Part shown: piece after piece, positions 1-15,056 of the stretch | How the letters are laid out: every line of letters begins with the position of its first letter | How positions within the stretch are numbered: the stretch's first letter is position 1 | NCBI RefSeq assembly: GCF_009914755.1 | Contig: NC_060935.1 | Length of the DNA: 64,000 nt | DNA from: the human T2T-CHM13v2.0 reference genome, Homo sapiens | Strand: one strand, 5' to 3' | The notes under the pieces: generated by a model | The model's input: the letters and a program-made list of their open reading frames with translations, nothing else | Database searches by the model: none | What the model was told of the DNA's origin: nothing | Made by a program: the position numbers and the translations under genes

Positions 1-2290
1 GGCAAGCAAAGAAGTGAGAGAATATGACACATAACTAAAAGAAAAAATAATCAATAGAAACAGACCCAGAAATGAGACAAATGATAACACTGGAAGAAAA
101 GAATATTAAAATGATTAAAAGTGTGCTGCATCTGTTCAAAAAAGTAGAGGGAATCATGAACTGATAAGGAAAAGAATGAAAGCTATTTTTGAAAAAATCC
201 AAATGGAACTCCTATGGTTGAAAACTACACAGAATGGGAGTAACAACAGATAGGGTACGGCAGAAGAAAGGATCAACAAAATTGAAGACATAGCAATAGA
301 AACCCTTCAAAATAAAACACAGAGAGAAAAAACACTGGGAAAAATACACAGAACACCATAGATTTGTGGAACAATACCAAGTAGTCCAACATACCTGTGC
401 TAAAAGTCCAAGAAATGGAAGTGGGGTGCAGAAAAAAGTATTTGAAGAAAAAGTGATAAAAAACTTTCCTTTGTTAATGAGAAGTATAAGCCCACAAATC
501 TAAAAAGCTTAATACATTTCAATCAGAAGAAACATGAAGAAAACACACCAAGGCACATTATAATCAAACTGCTGAAAACAAGTAATAAAAAAATATTAAG
601 AGCAGTCAGAGAAAAAGGACATATTATGTAGGGGAAGAAGAGTTTGGCATGCTTCTCATCAAAGTATATGCTAGTCAGAAGACAATGGAACAATATCTTT
701 AAAGCATGAAAGAAACAGAACGCCAACCTAGAATTCTATACTCAGCAAAAATATATTTCAAAAATAAAGGTGAAATAAAGACTTTTACAGAAGAACAAAA
801 TCTGAGAAAATTCATTGCTAGCAGACCTATACCACAACAAATGATAAAGGAAGTTATTCAGGCAAAAGGAAAATGATAACAGATGAAATTGGGATATACA
901 CAAAAGGATGGATTGTACCAGAATTAGTATATAATAATAAATGTGCATGTTAATATAAAACGTTTTCTCAATTTTAATCTCCTTAAAAGTTAATTAGCTG
1001 TTTATACCAAAAATAATAACTGTATTATAGCACTATGACATACATAGAAATAAAATGTAATAGGACAGTAGCACAAAGGAAGGAGAGAAATGGAAGTATA
1101 TTGTTGAAAGGTTTTTAAACTATATGTGAAGGGGTATAATATTTGAAAATATACCATTATAAGTTTACAACTATGTTGTAAACTCAAAAGCGACCACTAA
1201 ATAAAAGTAAAATAAAGCAAAAAGTGCTAAGAATCCAACAGTAAAGATAAAATGGAATAACAAACAATATCCATTTAATACAAAAAAAGCACACATGTGC
1301 TGTATATATATTATATATCAAAATGGTAGATTTATATGCACGTTTATTAATACGTTAAATGTAAATGGTCTACACACTCCAATTAAAAGGCAGAGATTAT
1401 AGTTTGAATCAAAAAGCAAAACCCAATTGTATGCTATTTCCCTCAAAGGGACAAAGAAGTCAGCTGGAAGGTGCTACCATGGGCCAGGTATAGAACAAAT
1501 TATTCATCAAAATAAATAATGATAGTACTTGATTGTAACCCACTGAGTAAAATAGGAATCTATTAGTCCAAATGGAAATAAATAATGAAGAAGGAAAGTT
1601 ATTATTTACAATAGAATGCCAACTTATAAATATAGAAGGAAACAATCAATAGATTCTAAAGCTAGTACTGATAGTAAATGTTTGATGAGGAACAGGATAT
1701 TTACATAGTCATGAAGTATCTCCTCATCAATTTCTTATTAATTACAAAGGTCAAAATAGTGGCTGGCATATATTCTTTAAAACTGTTATGATCACAAAGG
1801 CTGTTACGATGATAAAGGCTGAAACTGTTCCGGATTAACAGAGACTAAGAAGACATGACAACTCCCTGTAATACTTGATCTTAGATTGAATCCTGGACCT
1901 GGAAAAACAAGCTGTTAAAGACATTATTGGAACAGTGCATGAGATTTGAATAAAGACTATAGATTAGATTACAGTATTGCAATGTCTTCAAACATAAAGA
2001 AATATTCAGTAAAGTATGTAGTTTTTAAATTACACTCCCATGTTTTAGGGGAAAATGCATAGATATATACAAATATAAAGATAGAACTAGAAATGGGGAT
2101 ATGAGAAGACAGAAACATAAGATAGAAGGCAAGTAAGAAATATAAGGTAGAACAAACTGATAAAGAAAATGTGGCAAAGCATCAACAGCTAGTGAATCCA
2201 GGTAAAGGCTAAACAGGCATTCCTTGTGCGATCTTGGCAATTTTTCTATATGTTTGGGATTATATCAATATAAAGAGTTACCAAAAACAT
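1..2290 (+). mobile_element. Ancient LINE-1 (L1M-type) remnant: ORF1 3' half, ORF2 start and 3'-end fragments
   Basis: A-rich sense strand; ORF1 C-terminal-like sequence at ~690-880 (ccaacctagaattctata...aaaataaaggtgaaataaagactttt...gagaaaattcattgctagcagacct); ORF2 start-like ttaaatgtaaatggtctacacactccaattaaaaggcagagatt at ~1355; many stops and indels. Boundaries approximate. Confidence 0.8.
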
Positions 2291-2360
2291 ACGTGACATA
2301 CACATTTTTAAAAATCCAATATTTCCTTTTTCATTGGTAGAAGTCCAACTCACAAGTACT

Positions 2361-2428
2361 CTAGAAGCAAAATTTCTGAAACTGCCATGATGCCCTAGAA
2401 GTAAAATCTCTGGAACTGCCAGGATGTT
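2361..2428. repeat. 34-bp tandem duplication (2 diverged copies)
   Basis: ctagaagcaaaatttctgaaactgccatgatgcc followed by ctagaagtaaaatctctggaactgccaggatgtt. Confidence 0.8.
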
Positions 2429-3704
2429 AAGAAGCTCTGCTTATATAGAAAGAAAACAAATCTGAAGAATACGTTTTCTTGAGAGAAAAAATATCATCAA
2501 TAATCTTCCACTCGGCCCTAAAATTCTATGATTGGTGACATTAAAGAACAACAGCAACAAAATCAGAAAATATTCCAGGCCAGGCCACCAGGGCAAATGC
2601 TTGATCTGTTCATCGATGGAGGGTCTAGCTTGTCTGGATGTGAGGCTGGACATGACTCATACAACTGATTTTTTTTTTTCCGTATCATATGGGAAGGGTG
2701 TTTAAGGGAAGATCTTCACTTTCCAAGGCTCTCTTCCCACAATATCCACGTGAAAAGATGTTTCAAGATGAGCTCTCCTCAGCAGAGCCAGAACCATACT
2801 GGCTTCAGACCAAAAGGAGGACTCCTGTGTTGTGTGAGATGGAATGGACTCATGTTAGAAAAATTGAGAAAGATATGAATGTAAGATGGTGAGGGTTTTG
2901 TTCATTTGGGAACTGGACTTTAGAGAACAAGGAATGTGCCTCACCCCTCCATCCAGTCTTTTCTTGCTCTGGACATCTAACTCATGTCAACTTAGACGAC
3001 TGTTCAAAAACCAAGTGAGGGAGAGGATGGTGGAGCTCAGTCCCCAGATCACTGGGACTCTGTCCTTGAGTCTGGCCATGATTCAAGTTAACATGGGCTG
3101 CAGAGGGATGAGCAAAAAGGACTCGATGCATGACAGAGGTGCAGGAATAATTATGAAACAAAGGTTGAGCTCATTGGGTTCAGCAAAAATGCCCAGTGTT
3201 AGTCTATGTCATTGTGCCAATTTTCTGATCTTTTTAATAAAAGCTTGTATGGTTCCCTGTAAAATGATTTGCAGGACTCTTGGACTCTTTTTATTTATTC
3301 AAGCATTTGCATGCCAGGGCAAGATGGCACACACCATAGCTGGTCATTGACTGCTGTCAATCTAAGACTTCACGCCTGGGGGTGGGAGGCTGTTAACATA
3401 CCTGCAGCTCTGAGACCCCCGTATTCCAGTGACAGTGGACTTGGGAGACAGCTTAGCAAAACCTACCAGGGCAAAAGAAGAGGCTAAGAGTATCTCAAAA
3501 GCAGTAAAGTGTTTGGAAGAAATAAATAAAATGTAGCTTGTTATTTCAAGCTTTTCTAGGAATATGGCCATTTGAGATTCATGAGACTACCCGGCCACTG
3601 AGAGAAGTGGCCAATTCCAGGTCCCAGGGCGAGAAAGGACTTAATGATCCTGGAGGATTTTGCTCTTCCAGGTGGCAAAGAACTCCTCAAAGCTGAATGA
3701 GTCA

Positions 3705-4135
<431 letters not shown>

Positions 4136-5580
4136 GAAAGAAAAAGGACATTAAGTAAAAACTAAGAAAATCTGAATGAAGTATGAGACTTTAATAATAA
4201 TATATTGTGATTGAGTATAAGGCTTTAATAATAATATATCAGGATTGGTTCATTAATTGTAACAAATACATCATCCTAATGTAAGATGTTGACAATAAAG
4301 AAAATTGGGTGTTGGGTATGAAGAAGCTCTCTACTATCATCTTATTTTTCTATAAACCCAAAAGTATTCTACAAAAATAATTTTAATTATATGGAGAAAT
4401 AAGAATTATGGCTACAATAGATTGAAACACATTGGAGATATAACAATCTTTGAATGATGAGAGAGAGAGCTAACATGAGAGGCCAAAGCTCTCATAAACT
4501 ATGAAGAAGATAGAAAAATTGGCTAAAGAACTCTTTCCCTTCAATGGGGATAGAGAACAAAAGACCAAAGAAAGACTCTTGATCAAGAATAACTTCTGAT
4601 TATATTTTGGATCTCTAAAGAGTTTCTTCTTAACTGAAAACAGAGACAACATTTTCTGTACAATGGTTTGAATCATAATGATTCTTTTTGCCATTCAGCC
4701 TTCTCATGACACTCTAAAATAATTTTGATGATTGCATAATAAAATCATTTTTTAAAGACCCAGAAATATCTCAAAAATGGAGGCATCAGCATCAATTAGA
4801 ACAGTCCCCATAGGTCCTGCCTTTTTTACCTGAGACAGGGCAAATGACAAAAAGGAAGAATGGTATTTTCTTTGGAGACATTAGGGTTTTACAAGTACTG
4901 CAGTTACAGGCAGTTTCTGGCTGGTAGGACACTTTTTGAAATAAATTGTATCGTTGTGGAATGAGAATGTTTTAAATCATAATCAAAGCCCGCTTCCAAA
5001 TGCTCCAGCTTCCTGGATTCTGCTGAAACCTTCCTTGCAAAAGTTATATTGAATCTAGGTGTCCAAATTTAAAATAAAATGGCTTTTCCAAATATTTTGG
5101 TGAAAATAGAAACTTTCCGTTTTATGAGATATTATTTTTGTCTTCCATTTGCACTCAAAGTAAAACAAAATATTAAGGCTTAATTCCATTTTATTTCAAC
5201 TGTTTAACTTTGCCCCTGAACTTTTAGATAAACATTTACCCAATGGTTGAACTGGTGGATTTGAATTTTTGAAACATAGTAAACATTTTCCTATTTAATA
5301 ATCTATCTAGTTTCTATAAACTCTATCAGATATTTATCAGATGTTTTAGCTTCTTTTAAGGTTGAATAAAGTTTAAGGTTCACATAGATTTTTTTTTTAA
5401 CAGATCAGTTTCTATTCTTTTTTTCCCCCAACTTGTTTCAAAAATGGTTATGGAAGTCATCTCTGCTTGCGCTTAATCAAGTTTTTGAGATTAGGCAATG
5501 GGGGGGTGGTGTGGTTTATCGATTAGACATAAGATTGAAGTTCAGAAAATCCAAACCTTGAAATAAATTTTGTCCTGGGA

Positions 5581-5750
5581 TGTCTCTGTCTCTCTCTCTT
5601 CCTCTCTCTCCCCCACCTCCCTCTCTCTTTTCTACTCTGTCTGTCTCTCTGTCTCAGTTTCTCTCTCTCTGTCTTCCCACACTTCCCGCCCTCCTCCCCT
5701 TCTCCCCCTCTCCCCACTCTTCTCCACCCCCCACCGCTGACCACCCCCCA
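5581..5750. repeat. CT-rich polypyrimidine low-complexity tract
   Basis: (CT)n and C-rich runs. Confidence 0.85.
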
Positions 5751-6329
5751 GCCCTGGTTACTGATGCACAGTTACCTTTTCCGGCCACTAGGTGCTGTTT
5801 TGTGCGTGCCGGAGACCTCTCCACATTGGTGATTGGTTTCTGCTCCTCAAGAAATTATATCCCTTGGGGGGGCCTACTTGCCTCAGCAGAAAGTGGACAG
5901 ACAGGATCCTGGACAGTGTGTTTGCCAGTGGAAACAGGTTCTTCTTGAATGTCGAGGGCCACGCCTGGTGTCTTTGGATCTGTGTGTGTGTCCTGTGAAC
6001 AACTGGGCATACGCTTCCCGGACAAGCAGGATGCGTTTTCTTCCTGAACCACAACTGTTTTTCACAGCAATTGCCAATGATGCTGGCCCCTGATTGCTTT
6101 CTGGTGGCTTATGAGAGGAGCTGGCTGTGACATCTCCTAGGTGGAAATCTAAGATGCATAAAGATGCCAAAAGCCCACCTCAGCAGGCTAAACCATGACC
6201 CGACATGAAGTGGGAGCTGGAAGCTCAGCTCCCACCACCAGCGCTTCTCAATGCTCCCAAGTCACCCACCGGAAACAGCAGAAGCCCCTGTAGTCATATG
6301 GCCAGCCGCTCTGGCTTTGCAGTTGACAG

Positions 6330-6550
6330 ATCAGGTTTCAAAGCCTGACTCTGCTGTTCACAGCCAGGTGACCTTGGACAAGTGACTTTGCCTCTCTATG
6401 CCTTGGTTTCCTCATCTGTCAAACGGGGATATGATTGTCCCTGACTCAAAAGTTGTCTTGAAGATGACCAGAACAACCAGCATGAAGTACAATGCCTGCC
6501 ACATAGCTGGCATGGAATAAGTGGCAGTTGGTTCATTTATTCAGCAGGTC
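6330..6550. mobile_element. MIR SINE
   Basis: MIR core gtgaccttggacaagtgactttgcctctctatgccttggtttcctcatctgtcaaacgggg. Confidence 0.75.
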
Positions 6551-6698
6551 ATGCTCTGAGCACCTCCTGTGTTCCAGGAGCTGTTATGGGCAATGGGGAT
6601 GGAGGATAAATGCTAAAAGGTAATGGTGGGGATAACTATTCCAGGAAGTGAGTGAATGAACGAATAAGTAAGCAATATGTCTACCTAATCTTCTATGA

Positions 6699-7046
<348 letters not shown>

Positions 7047-7769
7047 GCTGTCTGTGTTTTAAGCAATAGAGATGGCACCCTGGGCTGTTTTAGGAATGAC
7101 TCTTCCATCCCTGGAGATGACAGACTGCATTCTGGGAAAATCTCTTGAATGTTGCCTGGAGCTTTTCCTCCTGACATGGTCCCTTCACCTGGAAACCCCT
7201 GTATCCTATTCGGGGTGCAAGATACATAATGACAAAACTAGCCAAACCCTGAAATCCATGGCAGCTGTGGTAACAGAGCTGTTTAGTACCTGTCACAGGT
7301 GAGGTTTGAATTTCGGTGACTATTGACACAGAAGTGCTGGGAACAGGCTGCAGGATTGGAGGGCCAGGTCCTCCGCCCCACAGTACAGGTGCAGGCCACG
7401 GCCCACTTACTTAGTACCTGGTCACACCATTGCTCCTGCTGCTTCTCACCCGGAGCCCCCTTCCTCGTTCCCCAGGCAGCTCCCAAGCCCAGCCCTATGG
7501 CTCCTCCTCCCTGTAGGCTTTTCCAACTTCCCCGCTCCCTGTGCTTTTCCTTTCCTTGTTGAGCTTGGTCCCACCTCCACCATCCTCAAGGTAACTGCTG
7601 CACCACTGTTGGGGGCCCCAACCCTCTCTCCTGCGCTGCCCTCAAGCTTTTCCTCCTAACTTCTATAACATCAGGAACAGTGCTCCCTGAAGGCACCTCA
7701 CAAATGTTTAGTGCTTATGGTTCTAGTTCCCCTCAGGAGTAGTTAAATTAAAAGGCAGAAGACGTGGTA

Positions 7770-7900
7770 TTTGAAGATAGGACCTGGGTTCAAATCCTAC
7801 TCTGCTATTCTCTAGCTTTGTGACCTAGGGCAAGTTCACTTACATCTCTGACCTCAATTTCCTCATCTGTCAAATGGGGATACTAACAAGGTTATAGGAA
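7770..7900. mobile_element. MIR SINE
   Basis: gacctgggttcaaatcctactctgc...gtgacctagggcaagttcacttacatctctgacctcaatttcctcatctgtcaaatgggg. Confidence 0.8.
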
Positions 7901-9113
7901 AACTAAGGGAGAGGACATGCTTGGAAATTCTCTTGAGGATGGAAAGCAACGTGATGCATGGCTGACCACCAGTGTCAGCATTTACCTGGGCTTATTTGTG
8001 CTTCAAGAAACTACCATTGCCATATGCACTTTTTTATTTCAGAGCAAACAGTTTTTATTGCAGTAGACATTCATGAAAGTGTACAGATCATAATTTTACA
8101 GTTTGATGAATTTTTACAACATGAATGTATCTGATGATTACCACCCAGATCAAGCTAAAGAACATTACCAGCTCCCCTGAAGCCTCCTTTATGATGCCCA
8201 CCCACCCCCAGTCATTACCCTGCACCCATCACTGTGGATTCAACTTGCCTGTTTTTGAATTCAGGTGGAAGCAAGCTTTTGCTCTAACCTCATATGTTAG
8301 ATTCTTCAACATAGTTACATGTAGAAGTCCTTTATTCTTGTTGTTCTAGAGTATTCTGTTGTATAAACACACCACAGTTTTCCTGTTGATGAGCATTTGG
8401 GTTGTTTCCAGTTTGGACTCCTATGTAACAGTGAAATTTCAGGGTCGTAAGACAAGCTTGTTTCCCTTCAGGAGTTGCTGCCAAGTTTTCCAAAGTGGTT
8501 GTACCAATGAAAACTTATGTCAGCAGGTGTGTGAGATGTCTAGAAACGCCACATCTTCCCTGCCACTTGACATTGTCAGGTTTTGTTTTGGGGTCTGGTT
8601 TTGTTTTGCTTTCAGCCATTCTGGTGTGTGTGTTGTGGTATCTCATTGTGGTTTTACGCTGTGTCTTTTGAGGACTAATGCTGGTGGTCACCAAATCATA
8701 GGCATATGGATCATGTGAAGAGCCTCTTTTGAGGAAGTGCTCATGCAAGAATTTTTTTAAATTGGGTTATTTGTCTTTTTCTATTCCTTTGTAAGAGTGG
8801 CTTACATATTTTGGAGACAAGTCCTTTGAGATTTATATGTATTTCAAATATCTTCTCCCACTCTGTCTTCCCTTTTCACTTACTTAATGTTGTCTTTTGA
8901 TCAACAGAGTTTCTAATTTTATTGAAGATTTATCAGTCTTTTCCTTTATGGTTACTGATTTCTGTATTCTGTTTAAGAGATGTTTGTGCATCCTAAGGTC
9001 ATGAAGGTAGCCTCCTGTGGTATATTCTAGAAGCTTTATGGTTGGCCTTTTTGCATCTGGAATTGGCTTTGTGTATGACATAAGGTCAAGGTCCAGCTTT
9101 CTCCCTATGACTC

Positions 9114-9202
9114 TCCACACCATTTATTGATTCCACACCATTTATTGATTCCACACCACTTATTGATTTCACACCACTTACTGATTACACACTATTTATT
9201 GA
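9114..9202. repeat. 18-bp minisatellite (~5 copies) inside L1
   Basis: Unit tccacaccatttattgat repeated with drift. Confidence 0.85.
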
Positions 9203-9514
9203 AAACACAGTCCTTTCCCACACTGCACTACAGCAGCACCTTTGCAGTAAATCAAATTGTGGAATATATGCAGGTCAGTTTCTAGAATCTCTGCTTTGAT
9301 CCATGTATCCTTGAATACCACACTGTTATAACTATTGTTGGTCGATATGAATATCAGATAATATATGTCCTCTGACTTTTCCCTTGAGGGAGTCTTGAGT
9401 CTTGTTGGCCTTTGGCATTTCCACATAAATTTCCATATCAGCTTGTCAACCTCTCTTACACAGACACACACACATACACACATGCCTTCTGACATTTAAT
9501 TGGGATCATATTGA

Positions 9515-9907
<393 letters not shown>

Positions 9908-10142
9908 TGAGTCTTCCAATCCATGAACATGGACCATCCTGCCATTCATTCCAGTTTTCTTTTGTCTCTCTTAGTAATGTTTGGTGATTTTTCTTTATTG
10001 AAGTCATGCATCTTTTTTGTTTGTTCTTATGCATTTAATTTTTTTAATGTTGTTTAAAAAGGCATGAGTTTTTAGGATTTTGTTTGTTCTTAGTATATAG
10101 AAGAACAATTGACTTTTGAGTGTTAATCTTGTATTCAGTGAC

Positions 10143-10220
10143 TTTGCCAAATTTACTTTTTGATTCCAATAGTTCATCTGGTTTGCCAAATTTACTTTTT
10201 AATTCCAATAGTTCATCTGG
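10143..10220. repeat. 39-bp tandem duplication within L1
   Basis: tttgccaaatttactttttgattccaatagttcatctgg twice, one mismatch. Confidence 0.9.
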
Positions 10221-11114
10221 ATTTTCTCCTTTCAAAATCATGCTTTTGGGGATAAAGTCAGTTTTATTTTTTCCTTTCCAATCCATAACTTTTTATTTCT
10301 TTTTCTTGCCTTATTACATCCCTAGAACATCCAGTGCAATGTTGAATAGGAGTGGACGTGGCAGACATCTGTGTTTCAATTCCAACATCAGGGTACAGCT
10401 TTCAATACCTTACTATTTAACATGCCATTTGTTGTAGGTTTAGTCATTTCTCTTTAATTTGCTAAGAGTTCTTATACACAGGTGTTAAATTTTACCAAAT
10501 GCTTTTTGTAGCACCTACCAAGATGATCATTTGGGTTTTTTTCTCCTTTATTTTGTTAATTTTTGAGTATTAAACCAAACTTACATCCCTGAAATAAGTT
10601 CAGTTTGGTCATAATATTTTAACCTTGTTAATGGAATTGGTTTGCTGGTATTTTTGTTTAGGATTTATAAGATATATGTATATTTATAAGAAATATTGTC
10701 TCATCTTGTAATATCCTTTTCAGGTTCAAATTCATTGGGAAATGGTCTCTCTCCCTATTCCTGGAAGAGTTTCTGGAAGATTGGTGTTATTTCTTCCTGA
10801 AATGTCTAGAAAATTTTACCAATGGAGCTCTATGTGCCTAGAGTTCTCTTTGCAAAAACAATTTTAATTAGAAATCAAATTTATTTGTAGATATAGGACA
10901 TTGTGATTGTTTACCTCTTCTTAGGCAAGTGTTGGGAAGTGGTGCTTTTCTGGAAAATGGTCCGTTTTCTCTAGATTTTCCAATGTATTTGAATAGTTAT
11001 TAATAATGTACTGACATTATCTTTTTCCTGTCTGTAGAAACTGTCGTAATGTCTGCTTTCTCTTTCTTGTTATCTATCATTTGTGTCTGTCTTCTCTATT
11101 TCATACTCTGTCTC

Positions 11115-11690
11115 CAGTATGGCCCTCAGACCCAGGCAAGAGGGGCCCCTGCCCTGCTCTGGTCCTCCTCCTCCTCACCCCTCGTCACAGGTGTAAAGTC
11201 CATGGAGCTAAGGAAACTGCACACCCAGGGCCCACACACCCCTTCCGAGACCATGCCTAGATATTCAGACCATGCCTAGATGTTAATGGACCCCAGCCTG
11301 CTCCCAGAGCCTGCAAGTCATCCCCACTGGGTTTGTCCTTTCAAAGGCAAGCCATGGGAACATGGTGTAGGCCAAGAAGGTAGCTAAGGGGCAGATGTTG
11401 TGGGGCTGTGGTCAGACCTTGGAGGCACAGGCTCCTCACAGTGCAGGACGGTGCCAGGGTAGTGAAAGTGGGTGGCAGGCACCAGCTCCCCACCACCTCA
11501 GCTGCTGGCACACATCTCCAAGGAGTCTGAGACTCCTAAATTTGAACCTAGCCTTCTCTGTTGTAGGAAGGTATATTTGTCAAAGTAGAAACAGCAAATA
11601 TGTCATTCAATTGTTTGCTAGCTTGATTTATAACTTAACTATTTAGACATGTGGCATGTGGTCTCCACTCTTGTGAGGGGCAGGCCTGAG
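11115..11690. mobile_element. Probable hAT-Tip100 (MER115/Zaphod-like) DNA transposon inserted in L1
   Basis: GC-richer block interrupting L1; 3' end aggtatatttgtcaa...gcttgatttataac...ggggcaggcctg resembles the remembered consensus. Confidence 0.45.
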
Positions 11691-14487
11691 TCTTGATTGA
11701 GTTTTATCAATTTTATTAGTCTTTTAAATAAGCAATTTTAGTTTTGTTGATTTCTCCATTATAAATTTGATTTCTAAATTGTTGGTTTCTGTTCTTTATT
11801 ATTTGTGTCCTTCTACTTTGGATTTAATATACAGTCCTTTTTTAGCTTCCCGAGTCATAAATTTAGATCATTAATTTTCAGCCTTCTTTTTAGGCTCAAA
11901 TGCATTTAGGGCTGTACAATTATTTTCAAACACAGATTTAGCTACATATGATGATACCATAATACGATATGGGATATCATATTTTCATGAAATCCAGTTC
12001 AAACTGTTTCTAAATTTTCACTGTGATTTAATTTTGTTTTATAGATAAGTTAGAAGAGTATCACTTAATTTCCAAACGCTGAGTTTTTTTATAGTTGTCC
12101 TTTTGTTATTGGTCTTTACTTGTTTCTGTTGTTATCAGAGGACAAGATTTCAGTCCTTTGAACTGTGTTGAGGCTGGCTTTATGGCTTAACATGGTCTAT
12201 TGTGGTAAATGATTTTTTGTGCACTTAAAAAATATGTATATTCAGTAATTTTTGTTGATTTTGTGTGTGTGTATGAAATTCTATGATTTCCTGAAAGAGT
12301 TGTGTTAAATTTTAAGTTAAAATATACAATCACAATTAATGGTTTATTCCTTATTTTAGTTCTGTCAGTTTTGGGTTTATGTATTTTGATATATACATAA
12401 TTTAAAATTATTATATCTTTCTGTTGAATAGATGTACCACTATAAAGCATCCCTTTTTATCTCTAGTAAAATTTCTTATTTTGAAATATATTTATTTGAT
12501 ATTTCTATAGCTGCAGCAAGTTTCTTTCAAGTGTTTGCATGGAATATTAGTATTTTTCCATCATTTGACTTTTAATCATTCTGGTTCTTTTTATTAAAGT
12601 GTGTCTTCTGTATATAGTATATAGTTGAAGTTTTAAAAAATTCAGTCTGATAACTTTGTCATTTAATTGGAATATTTAGACCATTTATATTTATTATAAT
12701 TACTGATATATGTCTGGGTTTACAACCACTATATTACTATAAGTTTTATAGCTGTACCATTTGTTTTTTGGACTTTTTCACCTCCGACTTTTCGGTTAAT
12801 CAATTCTTTTTTTTAATTGCCATATCTCTTCTATTATTTCGTTAGTTATACATTTCTTTATTATTGTTCAATTGGTTGCACTAGAATTGCCACATGCATC
12901 CCTGGCTTTTTAGAGTCTTTCTTAAAACAATATTTACACCACCTTTGGACAATGTGAAAACCTTAACTTTTAGAAATGCTTTTAACTTCATTTACCTTCC
13001 CTCCCACCCCACCTTTTGTTTATTTTTGTCATGTATTAATATTACTTACATTTAATCCCCACAAGACATTGTTATTGCTATTTTAAACAATCAATATTCA
13101 TTTAGCTTTACTCACATATATATTTTCCTTTCCAATGTTCTTTATTCTCTTCTACCTTATCATACTTTCATATGGGATTATTTTCCCTCTGTCTAAAAAT
13201 TCCTTTTACTATTTCTTTTAGTGCAGGTCTGCTGGAAATGAATTCTCTTAGTTTCTGTTCATCCAAAAACATATTTATTTTGTTTTCATTTTTGAAAGAT
13301 ATTTTCTCTAGATACAGAACCCTAGATTGGCAGTAATTTTCTTTCAGCAATTTCAATATGTCACTCTATTGTCTTTGGTTTCTATTGCTTCTGTTGAAAA
13401 GTCAGCCATTTGCCTTATTATTAATCTTTTGAAAATAGATGTCTTTTTCCTCTGGCTGTTTTGTCATTTTTCCCTTTTTTTTGTTTTCACCAATTTTGCT
13501 ATGATGGGCTGGGATTATTCTGATAGGGTCTGGGCCATACTTTTCAACATTGTGCTAGATGTCCTAGGAAAAAAAATAACGCAAGAAAAATAAATAAAAA
13601 GCTATGGATTGAAAAGGAAAAAATAAAACTGGCATTATGCAAATATACCCTGTTTTGGGTTCATAGAGCATATCATATTCTTAACTAAACATGGCCTGGT
13701 GTCTCTCATCAGTTTTGGAAAATTCTTGGTCAGACACTTCAAATATTGCTTCTGCCCCATTTTCTCCCTTCTGTTTTTTTCAGAGTTCCAACTGCACATA
13801 GGTTAGGTATGTTCAAAAGACTTGGATGTCTCTCATGGTCTTTTCTGTGTTTTACATCTTTTTTTTTTTTTTTTTCCTGTGCTTCAATTTCAATGCTTTC
13901 TGTTAACCATCTTTCAGTTTAACTAATCTCTTATATTCTGTCTAATCTGCAGTTATACCTACCTTTTGAATTCTCATTTTTGGCTTTGGAATTCCCATGG
14001 ATTCTATCTGTACATTCTCATTCTCAAGTGAAATTGTCCATCTTCCCATTTACTGTATTCATCATATTAACAGATGTGTCTAATTACCCCAATATCTGGA
14101 TCTGCTGTTGGTCTGTTTCTATTGCCCTTTGGTTTTTGTTTGCTTGTTTTACTTTGTTTTGTTTCTGTGGTTCTTAATCATTTAGCTCTGCTTCCTGGCA
14201 TGTGTGGTGATTTTTAATTGAATCTTGGATATCACGTGTGGACAATGCGGAGGCTCCAGATGATGTTCTCTTCTTCCGAGAGGATTCTTGTCTTTTTGGC
14301 AGGCAGAATGCAGAAAGACCAGCTGGTTTCTCTCAGGGTTGGAGATGATTTGAGATTAGCCTTAAGGACTTATGGAAAGCAGGTCTTTTTCTGAGTTCTT
14401 GATTGAAAGCCTGGAGAGTTTACTAGGACTCCACCTCCTTAGAGTACCCTGAACTCCAATTTTGTGTGTGTGTGTGTGTGTGTGTGA

Positions 14488-14891
14488 TGTGTGAGCAATA
14501 AAGCTTTTTAATCACCTGGGTGCAGGCGAGGCAGACTGAGTCCGAAAAAGGAGTCAGCAAAGGGAGATGGGGTGGGGCAGTTTTATAGGATTTGGGTAGG
14601 CAGTGGAAAATTACAGTTAAAGGGGGTTTTCTCTTGCAGGCAGGTGCAGGGGTCACAAGGTGCTCAGAGGGGAGATCATGAGACTCATTGTCCAGGGGAG
14701 GAATGTCACAAGGTCGATTGATTGGTTGGGGCGGGGCAGGAACAAATCACAATGGTGGAAAGTCATCAGTTAAGGCAGGAACTGCCTATTTTCACTTCTT
14801 TTGTGGTTCGTCAGTTGCTTCAGGCCATCTAGATGTATACCTGCAGGTCACAGGGGATATGATGGCTTAGCCTGGGCTCAGAGGCCTGACA
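14488..14891 (-). mobile_element. LTR7 (HERV-H 3' LTR), U3-R only, U5 absent
   Basis: Minus strand begins tgtcaggcctctgagcccaggctaagccatcatatcccctgtgacctgc; TATAAAA at 14587-14581; poly(A) signal ATTAAA at 14512-14507; ends at ...ttattgctcacaca. Confidence 0.9.
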
Positions 14892-15056
14892 AAACAAAAC
14901 AAAACAAAACAAAATAGTGGAAAAACAAAACAAAATAGTGGAGAAGTGTTGGGGCAGCAAAAAATTTTGGCTGTGGTATGGAGAGATAATGGGCGATGTT
15001 TCTCAGGGCTGCTTTGAGCAGGATTGTGGTGGCATGGGTAATTAGAGTGGGAGAGA

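Noticed and set aside
9114-9202. CRISPR-like look of short direct repeats (also 22567-22728)
   Set aside because: Head-to-tail repeats without unique spacers, no cas genes, human context.
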